DNA of 64,000 nucleotides from an uncultured Candidatus Melainabacteria bacterium (GCA_949927415.1 CATLFB010000007.1:24412-88411), one strand, 5' to 3'. Numbered from the stretch's first letter, positions 9,354 to 20,110 are shown. A program made the numbers and translations. Notes: generated by a model not told the origin, from the sequence alone.

Positions 9354-11441
9354 ATGGCAAGAAAAACTCCATTAGAAAAAATCAGAAACATTGGTATTGC
9401 CGCTCACATCGACGCAGGTAAAACCACTACTACTGAACGTATTTTGTTTTACACAGGTAAAACCCACAAAATCGGTGAAACTCACGACGGTGCTGCTGTA
9501 ACTGACTTTATGGAACAAGAAAAAGAACGTGGTATTACAATCCAATCAGCTGCTGTAACTGCTGAATGGAAAGGACACCAGATTAACATTATCGACACAC
9601 CCGGCCACGTTGACTTCACTATCGAAGTTGAACGTTCACTCCGTGTATTAGACGGTGTTGTTGCTGTATTCTGTGCGGTTGGCGGTGTTCAATCTCAATC
9701 AGAAACAGTTTGGAGACAAGCTAACAGATACGAAGTTCCTCGTATGGTATTCGTAAACAAAATGGACAGAACAGGTGCAGATTTCTACAGAGTTGTAGAC
9801 CAAATCCAAAACAGACTTGGTGCTAACGCTGTTCCTATCCAGTTACCTATCGGTGCTGAAGATAAATTCACAGGTCTTGTTGACTTGATGACAATGAAAG
9901 CTGAAATTTATACTAACGATTTGGGTACTGATATCAGAGAAGAAGAAATCCCTGCTGAATTGGCTGAAAAAGCTAAAGAATACAGAGATGCAATGGTTGA
10001 AGCTATCGCATCTGAAGACGATGCTTTGATGGAAAAATTCTTTGAAGATCCTGAATCAATCACAGTTGACGAGTTAAGAGCAGGTTTGAGAAAAGCTGTT
10101 TGCGAAAACAAAATCGTTCCTGTTTGCTGCGGTACAGCTTTCAAAAACAAAGGTGTTCAATTATTGTTGAACAACGTAGTTTACTATATGCCGTCACCTG
10201 TTGACGTAAAAGCTATTGAAGGCGAACTTGAAGACGGCTCTAAAACTGAAAGACACTCATCAGATGATGAACCGTTCTCAGCTCTTGCATTCAAAGTTAT
10301 GACTGACCCTTACGTAGGTCGTTTAACATTCTTAAGAGTATATTCAGGCGTAATCACATCAGGTTCTTATGTTCTTAACGCTACAAACGGCAAAAAAGAA
10401 CGTATCGCTCGTTTGGTTCGTATGTACGCTGACCAAAGACAGGAAGAACAAGAAGTATACGCAGGCGACATCTGTGCAGCAGTTGGTTTGAAAGACACAA
10501 CTACAGGTGATACATTGTGTGACGAAAAAGCTCCTATCATCTTGGAAAGAATGAGCTTCCCTGAACCGGTTATCTCTGTTGCTATCGAACCTAAAACAAA
10601 AGCTGACCAGGATAAAATGGGTATTGCTCTTCAAAAATTGGCTGAAGAAGATCCTTCATTCAGAGTTAAATCTGATACCGAAACAGGTCAGACAATCATT
10701 TCAGGTATGGGTGAACTTCACCTTGATATCATCGTTGACCGTATGTTAAGAGAATTCAAAGTTGAAGCTAACATCGGTAAACCACAGGTTGCTTACCGCG
10801 AAACAATTCGCGGAAATGCTGATCAGGATTCTAAATTCATCCGTCAGTCAGGTGGTAAAGGTCAATACGGTCACGTTAAAGTTAGAATTTCACCGGCAGG
10901 CGAAAACGAAGGTTTTGTATTTGAAAACAAAATCGTCGGTGGTGCTGTTCCTCGTGAATACATCGAACCTGCAAGAAAAGGTATGGAAGAAGCTCTTGAA
11001 GGCGGTATCTTAGCAGGATTCCCGATGATTGACGTTAAAGTTGAACTTTACGACGGTTCATACCACGAAGTCGACTCTTCTGAAATGGCGTTCAAAATCG
11101 CTGGTTCTATGGCAATCAAAGAAGGCTGCCGCAAAGCTCAACCTTGCATCTTAGAACCTATGATGAAAGTTGAAATCGAAATTCCTGATGAATTCACAGG
11201 TACAATTATCGGTGATATTTCAAGAAGACGCGGACGTATTGAAGGTCAAGAACCTCAAGGCAATACAGGAAACGTAATCGTAAGATCAATGGTTCCTCTT
11301 GCAAATATGTTCGGTTACGCAACAGACTTGAGATCAAACACTCAAGGACGCGGAACATTCTCAATGGAATTCGACCATTACGAACAGGTTCCTGCTAACG
11401 TAGAAAAAGAAATCATCGAAAAAACAGGAGCTAAAGCTTAA
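9354..11441 (+). CDS. fusA: elongation factor G
   Basis: [20 protein letters not shown] and NKMD GTPase motifs. 695 aa. It is not flanked by rpsG or tuf in this window. Confidence 0.95.
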   Translation: MARKTPLEKIRNIGIAAHIDAGKTTTTERILFYTGKTHKIGETHDGAAVTDFMEQEKERGITIQSAAVTAEWKGHQINIIDTPGHVDFTIEVERSLRVLDGVVAVFCAVGGVQSQSETVWRQANRYEVPRMVFVNKMDRTGADFYRVVDQIQNRLGANAVPIQLPIGAEDKFTGLVDLMTMKAEIYTNDLGTDIREEEIPAELAEKAKEYRDAMVEAIASEDDALMEKFFEDPESITVDELRAGLRKAVCENKIVPVCCGTAFKNKGVQLLLNNVVYYMPSPVDVKAIEGELEDGSKTERHSSDDEPFSALAFKVMTDPYVGRLTFLRVYSGVITSGSYVLNATNGKKERIARLVRMYADQRQEEQEVYAGDICAAVGLKDTTTGDTLCDEKAPIILERMSFPEPVISVAIEPKTKADQDKMGIALQKLAEEDPSFRVKSDTETGQTIISGMGELHLDIIVDRMLREFKVEANIGKPQVAYRETIRGNADQDSKFIRQSGGKGQYGHVKVRISPAGENEGFVFENKIVGGAVPREYIEPARKGMEEALEGGILAGFPMIDVKVELYDGSYHEVDSSEMAFKIAGSMAIKEGCRKAQPCILEPMMKVEIEIPDEFTGTIIGDISRRRGRIEGQEPQGNTGNVIVRSMVPLANMFGYATDLRSNTQGRGTFSMEFDHYEQVPANVEKEIIEKTGAKA

Positions 11442-11493
11442 TTCTATTAGGACGGCGTTAATATTTGCCGCTGAAAGCAAAATTTGAAAACCA

Positions 11494-11529
11494 GAGACAA
11501 CCTGATATAAAAGCAGGTTGTCTTTTTTA
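11494..11529 (+). terminator. rho-independent terminator after fusA
   Basis: AGACAACCTG / CAGGTTGTCT 10-bp stem followed by TTTTT. Confidence 0.8.
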
Positions 11530-11565
11530 AACTCAAGCGCTATTTTTTTTACGCACAGTAATTAT

Positions 11566-11605
11566 AAAAACTTCCCCGTTGAACGTTCAACAGGGAAGTT
11601 TTTTT
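11566..11605 (-). terminator. bidirectional hairpin terminator (serves 11631-11963)
   Basis: CTTCCCCGTTGAA / TTCAACAGGGAAG stem with one mismatch. It is flanked by an A-run and a T-run. Confidence 0.7.
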
Positions 11606-11630
11606 CTTTGATTTAAAATTTTTGAATTCA

Positions 11631-11963
11631 CTATTGCATAAAAGTTTTAAACATGTTTTTTGCGCCTTCAGCCAAATGTCCGAAGTAATTCATAACCATT
11701 CTAAATGTTTTATTTTGAGGCTCAACGGCTTTTCCGTTCTCATAATATAATTCAACTGTTTTGTTCAAGCCTTTTTTGATTTGTTTTGCTTGTTTGCCTT
11801 CTGCCATAATTTCTATTCTGTCATGCCAAAAATTCGCACTAACCTGATTCTTTTTTACAAGGTCAGAAAGCTGATTGTACATAAACTTAAATTTCTTGTT
11901 TGTACCGGAACTCGGTACGACAAAAGATCCGGTAAATGCGGGGGAAATGTTTTGAGTTTTCAT
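11631..11963 (-). CDS. hypothetical protein (110 aa)
   Basis: Clean ORF with a downstream terminator. The N-terminus carries PAFTGS, similar to the SF-x-G motif in three other orphans. Confidence 0.5.
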   Translation of the reverse strand: MKTQNISPAFTGSFVVPSSGTNKKFKFMYNQLSDLVKKNQVSANFWHDRIEIMAEGKQAKQIKKGLNKTVELYYENGKAVEPQNKTFRMVMNYFGHLAEGAKNMFKTFMQ

Positions 11964-12314
11964 AGTAAATATAATCCTTTCATACGTACTACAAGTGTAC
12001 TACAAATATTCTTAAATTTACCTTGAATATTACAATATTTTAAGTCAAAAAAATATAAAATTTTCACTGAAATTTCGCGCGAAATTTTTAAAAAATTTTT
12101 CATAATTCAATACCTTGAAAACGTGTAAAACCAACACTTTTAGCCTTAAGGACAAGGTAAATTTTTGTAAAAATTACTACAAATATAGTACAAAAGTTTG
12201 AGAAAATTTTTTGAAAAAGTGGTATAATAAAATTAGAAGAGATGATAGTTCAAAAAATCTAATAAAGCCAATAATATAAATTTTGTATATCAGCAAAATT
12301 GAAAGGCATAAAAA

Positions 12315-13970
12315 ATGGGCAGCATACAATTTCACAACGACCTTGACAGATTGTTAGAGATTTTACCCCAAAAGGTAAAAAATCAGGTGACCTATGAGCA
12401 GATGGAGGATGTGATAGAAATCGTTCTCGACATCGGAAGGACTCCTGAAATCCGCCATGCCAACGGCAAAATCGAGTACATCGGAAGTGATTTTGTATCA
12501 GAAGATGACATAAATTTTATCACCTCAAACATTCAGGAATTTACATCAGATAACCGTTCAGGAATCCCCGGAACGCTCCACCGAATCAGTGCAATAAGAA
12601 ACCGTCAGGGAAAAGTGATAGGTCTTACTTGCAGAATAGGCCGGGTCGTTACGGGGACAATTGCTTGTATAAAAGATTTTTGTATGATGGGAAAAAGTAT
12701 TCTGTTTCTCGGACGGCCGGGGGTCGGAAAAACTACAAAACTTCGCGAAATTTCACGGTTAGTCGCGGACGAACTTTCAAAACGCGTGGTTGTAGTCGAT
12801 ACCTCAAACGAAATCGCCGGAGATGGCGACACCCCGCACCCTGCAATCGGCCATGCAAGACGCATGCAGGTGCGTCAGCCCGAATTTCAGAAGGATATAA
12901 TGATTGAAGCGGTTGAGAATCACACACCGGAAGTTATCGTTGTCGATGAAATTGGTACGGAAGCCGAAGCGCAAGCCGCCAGAACAATTGCAGAACGCGG
13001 TGTTATGCTGATTGCAACCGCTCACGGTACATCTTTGGAAAGCTTAATCAAAAACCCGACATTATCAGATCTTGTTGGCGGAATCCAATCGGTCACATTA
13101 GGTGATGATGAAGCAAGACGCCGTGCTTCTCAAAAAACTGTCCTTGAGCGCGAAAAACAGCCGACTTTTGATATCGTAATCGAAATTCTGGACAGAAACA
13201 CGCTTGCCGTATACAAAGATACTTCAGAAGCCGTTGACTATATACTTCGCGGCTGGCCAATCAGACCGGAAATCCGTAAAGTTGACAAGCTTTATGAGGC
13301 CGAAAATCCCCTGCCGGAAGTCAAGCAAACGGTCTTACCCGCCAATGAACACAATTCATTCAACGAAATCAAGGAAGAAATTCACAAACTCGATAACAAA
13401 GCATTGAAGGATTCCACCGACAGTTTGAAATATAGTTTTTCACGGCAAAAATATGTTAACGACGTGAAAAAATTCAAGAAAATTTATCTTTATGCAGTTT
13501 CAAGAACGATTGTGGAAAAAATTATCGAACGGCTGGATTTGAACGCCGAAATTACGCGAAATATTGATGATGCGGATATTGTAATCGCGCACAAAAATTT
13601 TGCAAAAGGCGGCGCAAGAATTTTGAGTACTGCAAACGATTATCGTCTGCAGGTTTTCTACATCAAAACAAATTCTATGGCGCAGATTCAGAAAGTTTTG
13701 AAAGACGCGCTTGATATAACCGAAACTTCCGAAACTTTGTGCGGATATTATGATGATGCAGAGCGCGCGCTGGATGAAGCGAAAGCCGCGATTAATAAGA
13801 TTCTTGCCGGGGCAGAACATGTTGAACTTACTCCGCAAAATCCGCACATCAGAAAATTGCAGCATGAACTTGTAGAACAGCACAATTTGGAAAGCAAATC
13901 AGTCGGAGAAGGTTCTGACAGGCACCTTCGGATTATTGGCGGAACCGACTACGATAAAAAATTCGGATAA
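12315..13970 (+). CDS. ycf45-like AAA ATPase with C-terminal R3H nucleic-acid-binding domain (SpoIIIAA-like)
   Basis: Walker A GRPGVGKTT and Walker B VIVVDEIG. DTSNEIAGDGDTPHPAIG is typical of Ycf45. The C-terminal H-x3-L...GEG-x-RHLRI region is R3H-like. Confidence 0.85.
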   Translation: MGSIQFHNDLDRLLEILPQKVKNQVTYEQMEDVIEIVLDIGRTPEIRHANGKIEYIGSDFVSEDDINFITSNIQEFTSDNRSGIPGTLHRISAIRNRQGKVIGLTCRIGRVVTGTIACIKDFCMMGKSILFLGRPGVGKTTKLREISRLVADELSKRVVVVDTSNEIAGDGDTPHPAIGHARRMQVRQPEFQKDIMIEAVENHTPEVIVVDEIGTEAEAQAARTIAERGVMLIATAHGTSLESLIKNPTLSDLVGGIQSVTLGDDEARRRASQKTVLEREKQPTFDIVIEILDRNTLAVYKDTSEAVDYILRGWPIRPEIRKVDKLYEAENPLPEVKQTVLPANEHNSFNEIKEEIHKLDNKALKDSTDSLKYSFSRQKYVNDVKKFKKIYLYAVSRTIVEKIIERLDLNAEITRNIDDADIVIAHKNFAKGGARILSTANDYRLQVFYIKTNSMAQIQKVLKDALDITETSETLCGYYDDAERALDEAKAAINKILAGAEHVELTPQNPHIRKLQHELVEQHNLESKSVGEGSDRHLRIIGGTDYDKKFG

Positions 13971-14037
13971 AACTTAACAAATACTTGCAAAATTTTTTAA
14001 AACCTCTATAATTGTAGTAAGTTATAGGGGTTTTTAT

Positions 14038-14301
14038 ATGAATAAAATAGATGTTTATACTTCGAGCAGTTGTCCTTATTGCACAAAGGCGAAAAAGTTG
14101 TTGCAAATGCTTGATTTGGAGTATTCGGAACATAATGTTGATGAAGATTTTGATGATATGTGCGAAGACCTTGCCTTGCAGTTTGGAAAGCCGATTCAAA
14201 CAGTTCCGCAAATTATTGTAAACGGCCGTTATGTCGGAGGCTACAGTGATTTGGAAGCCATGCAAAAAAGCGGCAAACTTAAAGAACTATTAAATCGTTA
14301 A
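14038..14301 (+). CDS. grxC: glutaredoxin
   Basis: 87 aa with a CPYC active site, TVPQI and GG motifs. Confidence 0.9.
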   Translation: MNKIDVYTSSSCPYCTKAKKLLQMLDLEYSEHNVDEDFDDMCEDLALQFGKPIQTVPQIIVNGRYVGGYSDLEAMQKSGKLKELLNR

Positions 14302-14396
14302 ATTTTTATATTATTAAAATATTTTTTTCTTTTTCTTTACTTAGATAAATTTTTTAAAACTTCTAAATGCAAAATATTGTAAATTTGTGAAAAGAT

Positions 14397-14606
14397 TTAT
14401 TTTAAAAGTTCATTAACGTCAATAGAAAGTGCATTTGCAATTTTTAAAATCGACAAAATTTTTGAATGCTGAATTCCGCATTCAACAAGTGAAATGGTAT
14501 GCCTTGTTGTATCCGCTAATTCGGCAAGTTCTTCTTGCGAGTATCCTTTGCGAACTCTTTCAACTTTAATGTTGCGCCCTATATTTATCAAATCCAGTTT
14601 ATACAT
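14397..14606 (-). CDS. XRE-family helix-turn-helix transcriptional regulator
   Basis: 69 aa with an HTH_3-like core (YSQEELAELADTTRHTISLVECG). It is divergent from the pilin-like gene. Confidence 0.8.
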   Translation of the reverse strand: MYKLDLINIGRNIKVERVRKGYSQEELAELADTTRHTISLVECGIQHSKILSILKIANALSIDVNELLK

Positions 14607-14651
14607 AATTATATGTTGTCATGTTGACTTTTTAAATTCTATATGGTATAA

Positions 14652-14687
14652 ATAACATTATGTTATGTATAGATAACACAATGTTAT
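14652..14687. promoter_or_regulatory. two operator-like palindromes in the divergent XRE/pilin promoter region
   Basis: ATAACAT-T-ATGTTAT (14652-14666) and ATAACA-CAA-TGTTAT (14673-14687). Confidence 0.4.
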
Positions 14688-14701
14688 TTAAGGATTGAAT
14701 T

Positions 14702-15421
14702 ATGAGGCTCCAAATAAGAAAAATAGGCTTTACGCTTTCTGAAGTATTGATTACGTTGGGTATCATCGGAATTGTCGCTGCTATGACTTTGCCTAATATA
14801 GTTGCAAAATATAAACAGATTGTGATGGTAAACCGATTGAAAAAAGCATACTCTGTTATGTCGCAGGCCATGCTTTTTACTGTTCAAAAAGATGGTGATT
14901 TAACATCCCTGAATGTCCGTAATGGCAGTCAGGAGTCAATTAATAACTGGTATAAATTTTCTCTCAAACCTTATATTAATGTTATAAAAGAATGTTATGA
15001 CGAAGCGGGTTGTTGGGCAAAAGATGTGAAAACAATCGGAGGAGTAACACCCTATTGGGGTTCTGATAAAGGTATTGGGGGAGGCGGAATTGTAACTTTT
15101 ACGACTGTTGACGGATTTAATGTTTCAATGGATGCCTTAGACAACATGGGAATGCGTTTTGGAGTAAAATCCGAAAACGGTGCATCAGATTTTTTACTTG
15201 TTTTTGTGGATGTAAACGGAAATAAAAGACCAAATATTGTAGGTAAAGATATACACGCATTCATGTTTAGTCCGTCGCGCGGGTTTGTCCCTGCCGGAAG
15301 AGATTTGTCAGATAAAGAATTAAATGCAAATTGCAATGCTTCTAATAAGACGGATTTCGGCGGGTATTACTGTTTTGAGAAGATTATGCGCAATGGCTGG
15401 CGTGTTGATAATGAATTTTGA
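14702..15421 (+). CDS. prepilin-type N-terminal cleavage/methylation domain protein (type IV pilin/pseudopilin-like)
   Basis: KIG|FTLSEVLITLGIIGIVAAMTLP with Gly-1, Phe+1 and Glu+5. The C-terminal VDVNGNKRPN motif is shared with paralogs at 34906-35613 and 56299-57075. Confidence 0.8.
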   Translation: MRLQIRKIGFTLSEVLITLGIIGIVAAMTLPNIVAKYKQIVMVNRLKKAYSVMSQAMLFTVQKDGDLTSLNVRNGSQESINNWYKFSLKPYINVIKECYDEAGCWAKDVKTIGGVTPYWGSDKGIGGGGIVTFTTVDGFNVSMDALDNMGMRFGVKSENGASDFLLVFVDVNGNKRPNIVGKDIHAFMFSPSRGFVPAGRDLSDKELNANCNASNKTDFGGYYCFEKIMRNGWRVDNEF

Positions 15422-15430
15422 GGTAATAAA

Positions 15431-15459
15431 AAGACAGGAATTAAATCCTGTCTTTTTTT
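15431..15459 (+). terminator. rho-independent terminator
   Basis: AAGACAGGA / TCCTGTCTT stem followed by a T-run. Confidence 0.75.
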
Positions 15460-15502
15460 ATGTCTTTAACTTTTTAACAAATATTTGGATTTGTTATGAA
15501 AG

Positions 15503-18148
15503 TTACTTGCCTTCAACAACAGCTTGCGCAGCGGCAAGTTTTGCCTGCGGAATTCTGAACGGTGAGCAAGAAACATAGTCAAGTCCGATTTTGTGGCAGA
15601 ACTTAACTGAATCCGGATCGCCGCCGTGTTCGCCGCAAACGCCGCCTAAAAGTGAAGGATTAACCGGTTTGCCTTTTGTCATTGACATTTCAACCAATTG
15701 ACCGACGCCTTTTGTATCAAGTGTTTCAAACGGGTTTGCCGGAAGAATTTTCTGTTCAACATAACGGTTGAGGAATTTTCCTTCAGCATCGTCTCTTGAA
15801 TAGCCAAATGTCATCTGTGTAAGGTCGTTTGTTCCGAATGAGAAGAATTCTGCATGTTCTGCAACTTCATCAGCAGTCAGAGCCGCACGCGGAATTTCAA
15901 TCATTGTTCCGAATTTGTACTCAACTTTGATGCCTTTTTCATTCATAACTTCTTCTGCAACGCGAACTAAAATTTCTTTTGCAACTTTAAGTTCGTTTAC
16001 ATGTCCAATCAAAGGAACCATAACCCATGGTTTTACGTTAACGCCTTCTTTTTTCAAGTCGCATGCAGCTTCAAAAATTGCTCTTACCTGCATTTCGTTG
16101 ATTTCAGGATAAGTTAATCCCAAACGGCATCCGCGCAAGCCCATCATCGGGTTAGATTCTGACAAACCTTCAACGATGTGAAGCATTTCTTCTTTTTCTT
16201 TAGCGTCTTTTCCTAAAGCTTTCAATGTTGCAACTTCCGCAATCAAATCTTCCTTATTCGGCAGGAATTCATGAAGCGGCGGGTCAAGAAGTCTGATTGT
16301 CATCGGTTTTTCACCCAGAGCTTTGAACATTGCATAGAAGTCTGAATATTGCATCGGAAGAAGTTTTGCTAAAGCTTCTTTTCTAGCTTCCGGAGTTCCT
16401 GCAATAATCATTTTCTGAACCCATGGAAGTCTGTCCGGATCCATAAACATGTGTTCCGTACGGCACAAACCAACACCTTCTGCACCGAATTTCAAAGCGT
16501 TTTCGATGTCTTTTGGGGTGTCAGCGTTTGCTTCAACTTTCATCTGCTTGATTTCGTCAACCCAGCCGAAGAATTTGTTCCAGTTTTCATCAATCTTAGC
16601 TTCTACAAGTTTAACCGCGCCGGCCATAACAATACCTTTGCCGCCGTCAAGAGAAATAATATCGTTTTTTTTGTAAACGGTTCCGTCAAAACCTGTCAAA
16701 GTTTCATTTGCCAAATCGATTTTCAAATCTTCACAACCTGAAACGCAAGGTTTGCCCATGCCTTTTGCAACAACTGCAGCGTGAGAAGTTGCGCCGCCAC
16801 GAAGAGTCAAAACGCCCTGTGCAACTGCCATACCGTGAATATCATCCGGACAGGTTTCTACACGAACAAGGATAACTTTTTCGCCAGCCGCGCCGCGTTC
16901 TGCTGCTTCTTCCGTATCAAATACGATTTTACCGACAGCCGCACCCGGAGATGCGTTTACGCCCTGTGCAATCTTGTGTGCTTCTGCCAATGCTTTGTCG
17001 TCAAAGCAGGGAAGAAGAATCTGGTTTACTGAATACGGGTCGACAAGCTGAATTGCGCGTTCTTTTGTAATGATGCCTTCAGCTTCCATTTCAACAGCAA
17101 TTCTGACTGCGGCTGTTGCTGTTCTTTTGCCGTTACGGGTTTGAAGAATCCATAATTTACCTTTTTCAATTGTGAATTCCATATCCTGAACGTCTTTGTA
17201 GCCGTTTTCAAGTTTTTTTGCAATATCAACATATTGTTTGTAAAGTTCAGGCATTTCAACTGCAAGTTCTGAAATTTCTTTCGGAGTTCTGATACCTGCA
17301 ACAACGTCTTCGCCCTGTGCGTTTGTCAAATATTCACCGTAGAATTTGTTTTCGCCTGTTGCAGGGTTACGTGTGAACGATACGCCTGTTGCGCAATCAT
17401 CACCCATGTTTCCGAATACCATTGTCTGAACGTTTACCGCTGTTCCGAAGTTGTGGTCGATTTTGTTCATGTTTCTGTAAGCAACCGCGCGCGGAATGTT
17501 CCATGAACGAAATACCGCTTCAATTGCTTCTTCAAGCTGAACGTACGGATCTTGCGGAAATTCTTTGCCTGTAACTTCTTTGATAACTTTTTTGTAAATC
17601 GGAATTAAAGATTTCCAGCCGTCTGCTGAAATTTTTGTATCTTCTTTAACGCCTTCTTTTTCTTTAAGTTTTTCAACTTCTGATTCAAAATATTTTTGTC
17701 TGTCCATATCCCAGGCAACTGATCCGAACATTGTCAAAAATCTGCGGTAGCTGTCATAGCAAAAACGCGGGTTTTTGGTCAGGTTAATCATAGCTTCGAC
17801 AGTTTCGTCGTTCATACCAAGGTTGAGGATTGTTTCCATCATACCCGGCATCGAAAGTCTTGCGCCTGAACGAACTGAAACTAACAACGGGTTTGTTTTG
17901 TCGCCGAATTTTTTGCCTGTTTGGTTTTCAACATCTTTCAATGCTGCTTTTACTTCATCCATCAAGCCTGCGGGCATTTTGTTGCCGTGGTTGATGTAAT
18001 CCATGCAGGTTTCGGTTGTTATAGTCAAGCCGGGAGGAACCGGAAGACCAAGGTTTGTCATTTCAGCGAGGTTTGCACCTTTGCCGCCCAAAAGGTTGCG
18101 CATTGTGCTGTTGCCTTCTCTGAAAAGCCATACGCGTTTGTCGCTCAT
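15503..18148 (-). CDS. ppdK: pyruvate, phosphate dikinase
   Basis: Phosphohistidine region GGATSHAAVVAKGMGKPCV and C-terminal CGEHGGDP. The start is trimmed to MSDKRVW behind AAGGAG. Confidence 0.95.
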   Translation of the reverse strand: MSDKRVWLFREGNSTMRNLLGGKGANLAEMTNLGLPVPPGLTITTETCMDYINHGNKMPAGLMDEVKAALKDVENQTGKKFGDKTNPLLVSVRSGARLSMPGMMETILNLGMNDETVEAMINLTKNPRFCYDSYRRFLTMFGSVAWDMDRQKYFESEVEKLKEKEGVKEDTKISADGWKSLIPIYKKVIKEVTGKEFPQDPYVQLEEAIEAVFRSWNIPRAVAYRNMNKIDHNFGTAVNVQTMVFGNMGDDCATGVSFTRNPATGENKFYGEYLTNAQGEDVVAGIRTPKEISELAVEMPELYKQYVDIAKKLENGYKDVQDMEFTIEKGKLWILQTRNGKRTATAAVRIAVEMEAEGIITKERAIQLVDPYSVNQILLPCFDDKALAEAHKIAQGVNASPGAAVGKIVFDTEEAAERGAAGEKVILVRVETCPDDIHGMAVAQGVLTLRGGATSHAAVVAKGMGKPCVSGCEDLKIDLANETLTGFDGTVYKKNDIISLDGGKGIVMAGAVKLVEAKIDENWNKFFGWVDEIKQMKVEANADTPKDIENALKFGAEGVGLCRTEHMFMDPDRLPWVQKMIIAGTPEARKEALAKLLPMQYSDFYAMFKALGEKPMTIRLLDPPLHEFLPNKEDLIAEVATLKALGKDAKEKEEMLHIVEGLSESNPMMGLRGCRLGLTYPEINEMQVRAIFEAACDLKKEGVNVKPWVMVPLIGHVNELKVAKEILVRVAEEVMNEKGIKVEYKFGTMIEIPRAALTADEVAEHAEFFSFGTNDLTQMTFGYSRDDAEGKFLNRYVEQKILPANPFETLDTKGVGQLVEMSMTKGKPVNPSLLGGVCGEHGGDPDSVKFCHKIGLDYVSCSPFRIPQAKLAAAQAVVEGK

Positions 18149-18218
18149 AATTTCTTTCTCCTTACGTTTAAATTTTGTATTAAACACTTTTTCTTATCGT
18201 ATCATGAACATGTGGTTA

Positions 18219-18740
18219 TTATCTATTCGGGTGTAGAAATGTAACAAATTTGCCCCCGTATTTTTTCTGTTTGATTATCTCAAAATTTGAAAAATCGACA
18301 TCTGTCACATGCTCAAGTATGACGATGTTTTGGGCGATTGGTTTTACTGCCTCAAGGCTTGCTTCGTAAATCCCTGAAAAATATGGCGGGTCAATGTATA
18401 TAACATCAAAAGTTTTGTCTGTTTTTTTTATTAATTTCAAAGCATCGCCCGTGTAAAGCTCCGGATGGGGCGTGAATTTTTTATAATTGTTTTTTATAAT
18501 CATAGCGGCTTTCGGGTGTTTTTCAAATGCCATGGCGTAAGAAAATCCCCTCGACAAAGCTTCAAGTCCCATAATTCCGGAACCTGCATACATGTCAAGA
18601 AAAGTTTTTCCATCAAAATCAATCATAGCCTGCAGAGTGTTAAAAACGCTCATCCTGACTTTTGAAAGCGTCGGGCGCGTAATTTTTTCGTCGGGTGCAG
18701 TGATTTTTTGTCCTTTGAAAATTCCAGCCGTAATGTTCAT
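18219..18740 (-). CDS. rsmD: 16S rRNA (guanine966-N2)-methyltransferase
   Basis: 173 aa with the SAM-binding motif LDMYAGSG and a DPPY motif (IYIDPPYF). Confidence 0.85.
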   Translation of the reverse strand: MNITAGIFKGQKITAPDEKITRPTLSKVRMSVFNTLQAMIDFDGKTFLDMYAGSGIMGLEALSRGFSYAMAFEKHPKAAMIIKNNYKKFTPHPELYTGDALKLIKKTDKTFDVIYIDPPYFSGIYEASLEAVKPIAQNIVILEHVTDVDFSNFEIIKQKKYGGKFVTFLHPNR

Positions 18741-18799
18741 AACTTTATTTTACAATGAACAAATTTTGATGTATAATATTCCTCATAAAAGGGAGTTTT

Positions 18800-20110
18800 A
18801 TGAGAGAATTCAGTGATAATAAAACAGAAGTGATAGTTGTCGGAGGCGGGCCTGCCGGAATTTCTGCAGCAATTACGATTGCGCGCGCGGGGCACGAGGT
18901 TGTGCTGATTGAGCGCGGAAGTTTTGCCGGAAGTAAAAATGTTTTCGGCGGTGCGATTTACGCACAACCAATGCGTGAAATTTTTCCGGATTTCGAAAGA
19001 GAAGCACCAATTGAAAGACTTAACGTCGCGCACAAATATGCAATTCTGTCAGATGATGAATCGACCGTGATTTCTTACCGCCATAAGGATGTTGAAAACC
19101 CGAGTTATTCGGTTATTCGCGGGAAATTCGATAGATGGATGGCAGAACAGGCGAAAAAAGAGGGCGTGATTCTTGTTGAAGAAACGGTTGTGAGAGAACT
19201 TCTTATTGAAAATGAGAAGGTTGTCGGGGTTAAAACCGAATTGGAAGAATATTTTGCTAATATTGTTATTTTGGCGGACGGCGTGAATTCTCTTCTTGCA
19301 AAGCAAATCGGGTTTAGAGATACGATTGAGCCGAAAGATGTTGCGCTCAGTGTTAAAGAGGTTATAAAACTCAATCGCGAAACGATTAATGAACGGTTCA
19401 ATCTGGCAGATGACGAGGGTTGTATTTATGAACTTTTCGGCGGGCCGATGCTTGGAATGCTGGGGCTCGGGTTTATTTATACAAACAAGGAGTCTGTAAG
19501 CATTGGTTTGGGTGTCGGGCTTGATGCGCTGGCTGAAAAAAATCTTAAACCTTACGAACTTCTTGACGCGCTAAAATCCCATCCGACAATTGCGCCGTTG
19601 ATTAAGGGGGGCGAACTTCTTGAATATTCTGCGCATTTGATTCCGGAAGGCGGGTATAAGAAACTTCCGACGCTTTTTGGCGCGGGTGTCATGATTGCGG
19701 GAGATGCCGCGATGATGGTTAATAATCTTCACTGGGAAGGGACAAATCTTGCGATGATTAGCGGCAAAATTGCCGGCGAAACGGCTGTCAGAGCGCTTGC
19801 GCGCGGAGATTTCAGCGAAAAAATGCTCTCCCGTTATCAAAAAGATTTGGAAAATTCTTTTGTTATGAAGGATTTGAAAACCTACAGGAATCTGATGGAT
19901 GAGGCGCACAAAAGAAGCGAATCGTTTATGGGATATTATATGCGCGAGGTTAACGGATTTTTCAAAATGTTTACGACGGTCGAAAGTATTCCGAAACGCG
20001 AAAAATTCCGCAAGTTCATTTTTGACTTTGTCAAAAAAAGAAATATAATAGAATTGTTTAAAGATGCAAACAGCGCAATCAAACTTTTATGGAGTATTTT
20101 GATAAAATGA
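18800..20110 (+). CDS. fixC: FixC-like FAD-dependent electron-transfer flavoprotein:quinone oxidoreductase
   Basis: The dinucleotide-binding motif VVGGGPAGISAA, the 436-aa length, and overlap with a FixX-like gene. Confidence 0.8.
   Translation: MREFSDNKTEVIVVGGGPAGISAAITIARAGHEVVLIERGSFAGSKNVFGGAIYAQPMREIFPDFEREAPIERLNVAHKYAILSDDESTVISYRHKDVENPSYSVIRGKFDRWMAEQAKKEGVILVEETVVRELLIENEKVVGVKTELEEYFANIVILADGVNSLLAKQIGFRDTIEPKDVALSVKEVIKLNRETINERFNLADDEGCIYELFGGPMLGMLGLGFIYTNKESVSIGLGVGLDALAEKNLKPYELLDALKSHPTIAPLIKGGELLEYSAHLIPEGGYKKLPTLFGAGVMIAGDAAMMVNNLHWEGTNLAMISGKIAGETAVRALARGDFSEKMLSRYQKDLENSFVMKDLKTYRNLMDEAHKRSESFMGYYMREVNGFFKMFTTVESIPKREKFRKFIFDFVKKRNIIELFKDANSAIKLLWSILIK

Noticed and set aside
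9354-11441. fusA as an unusual second EF-G paralog because it is not next to rpsG/tuf
   Set aside because: The sequence carries all canonical EF-G motifs. Operon dispersal alone is not evidence, and the call cannot be made without the rest of the genome.
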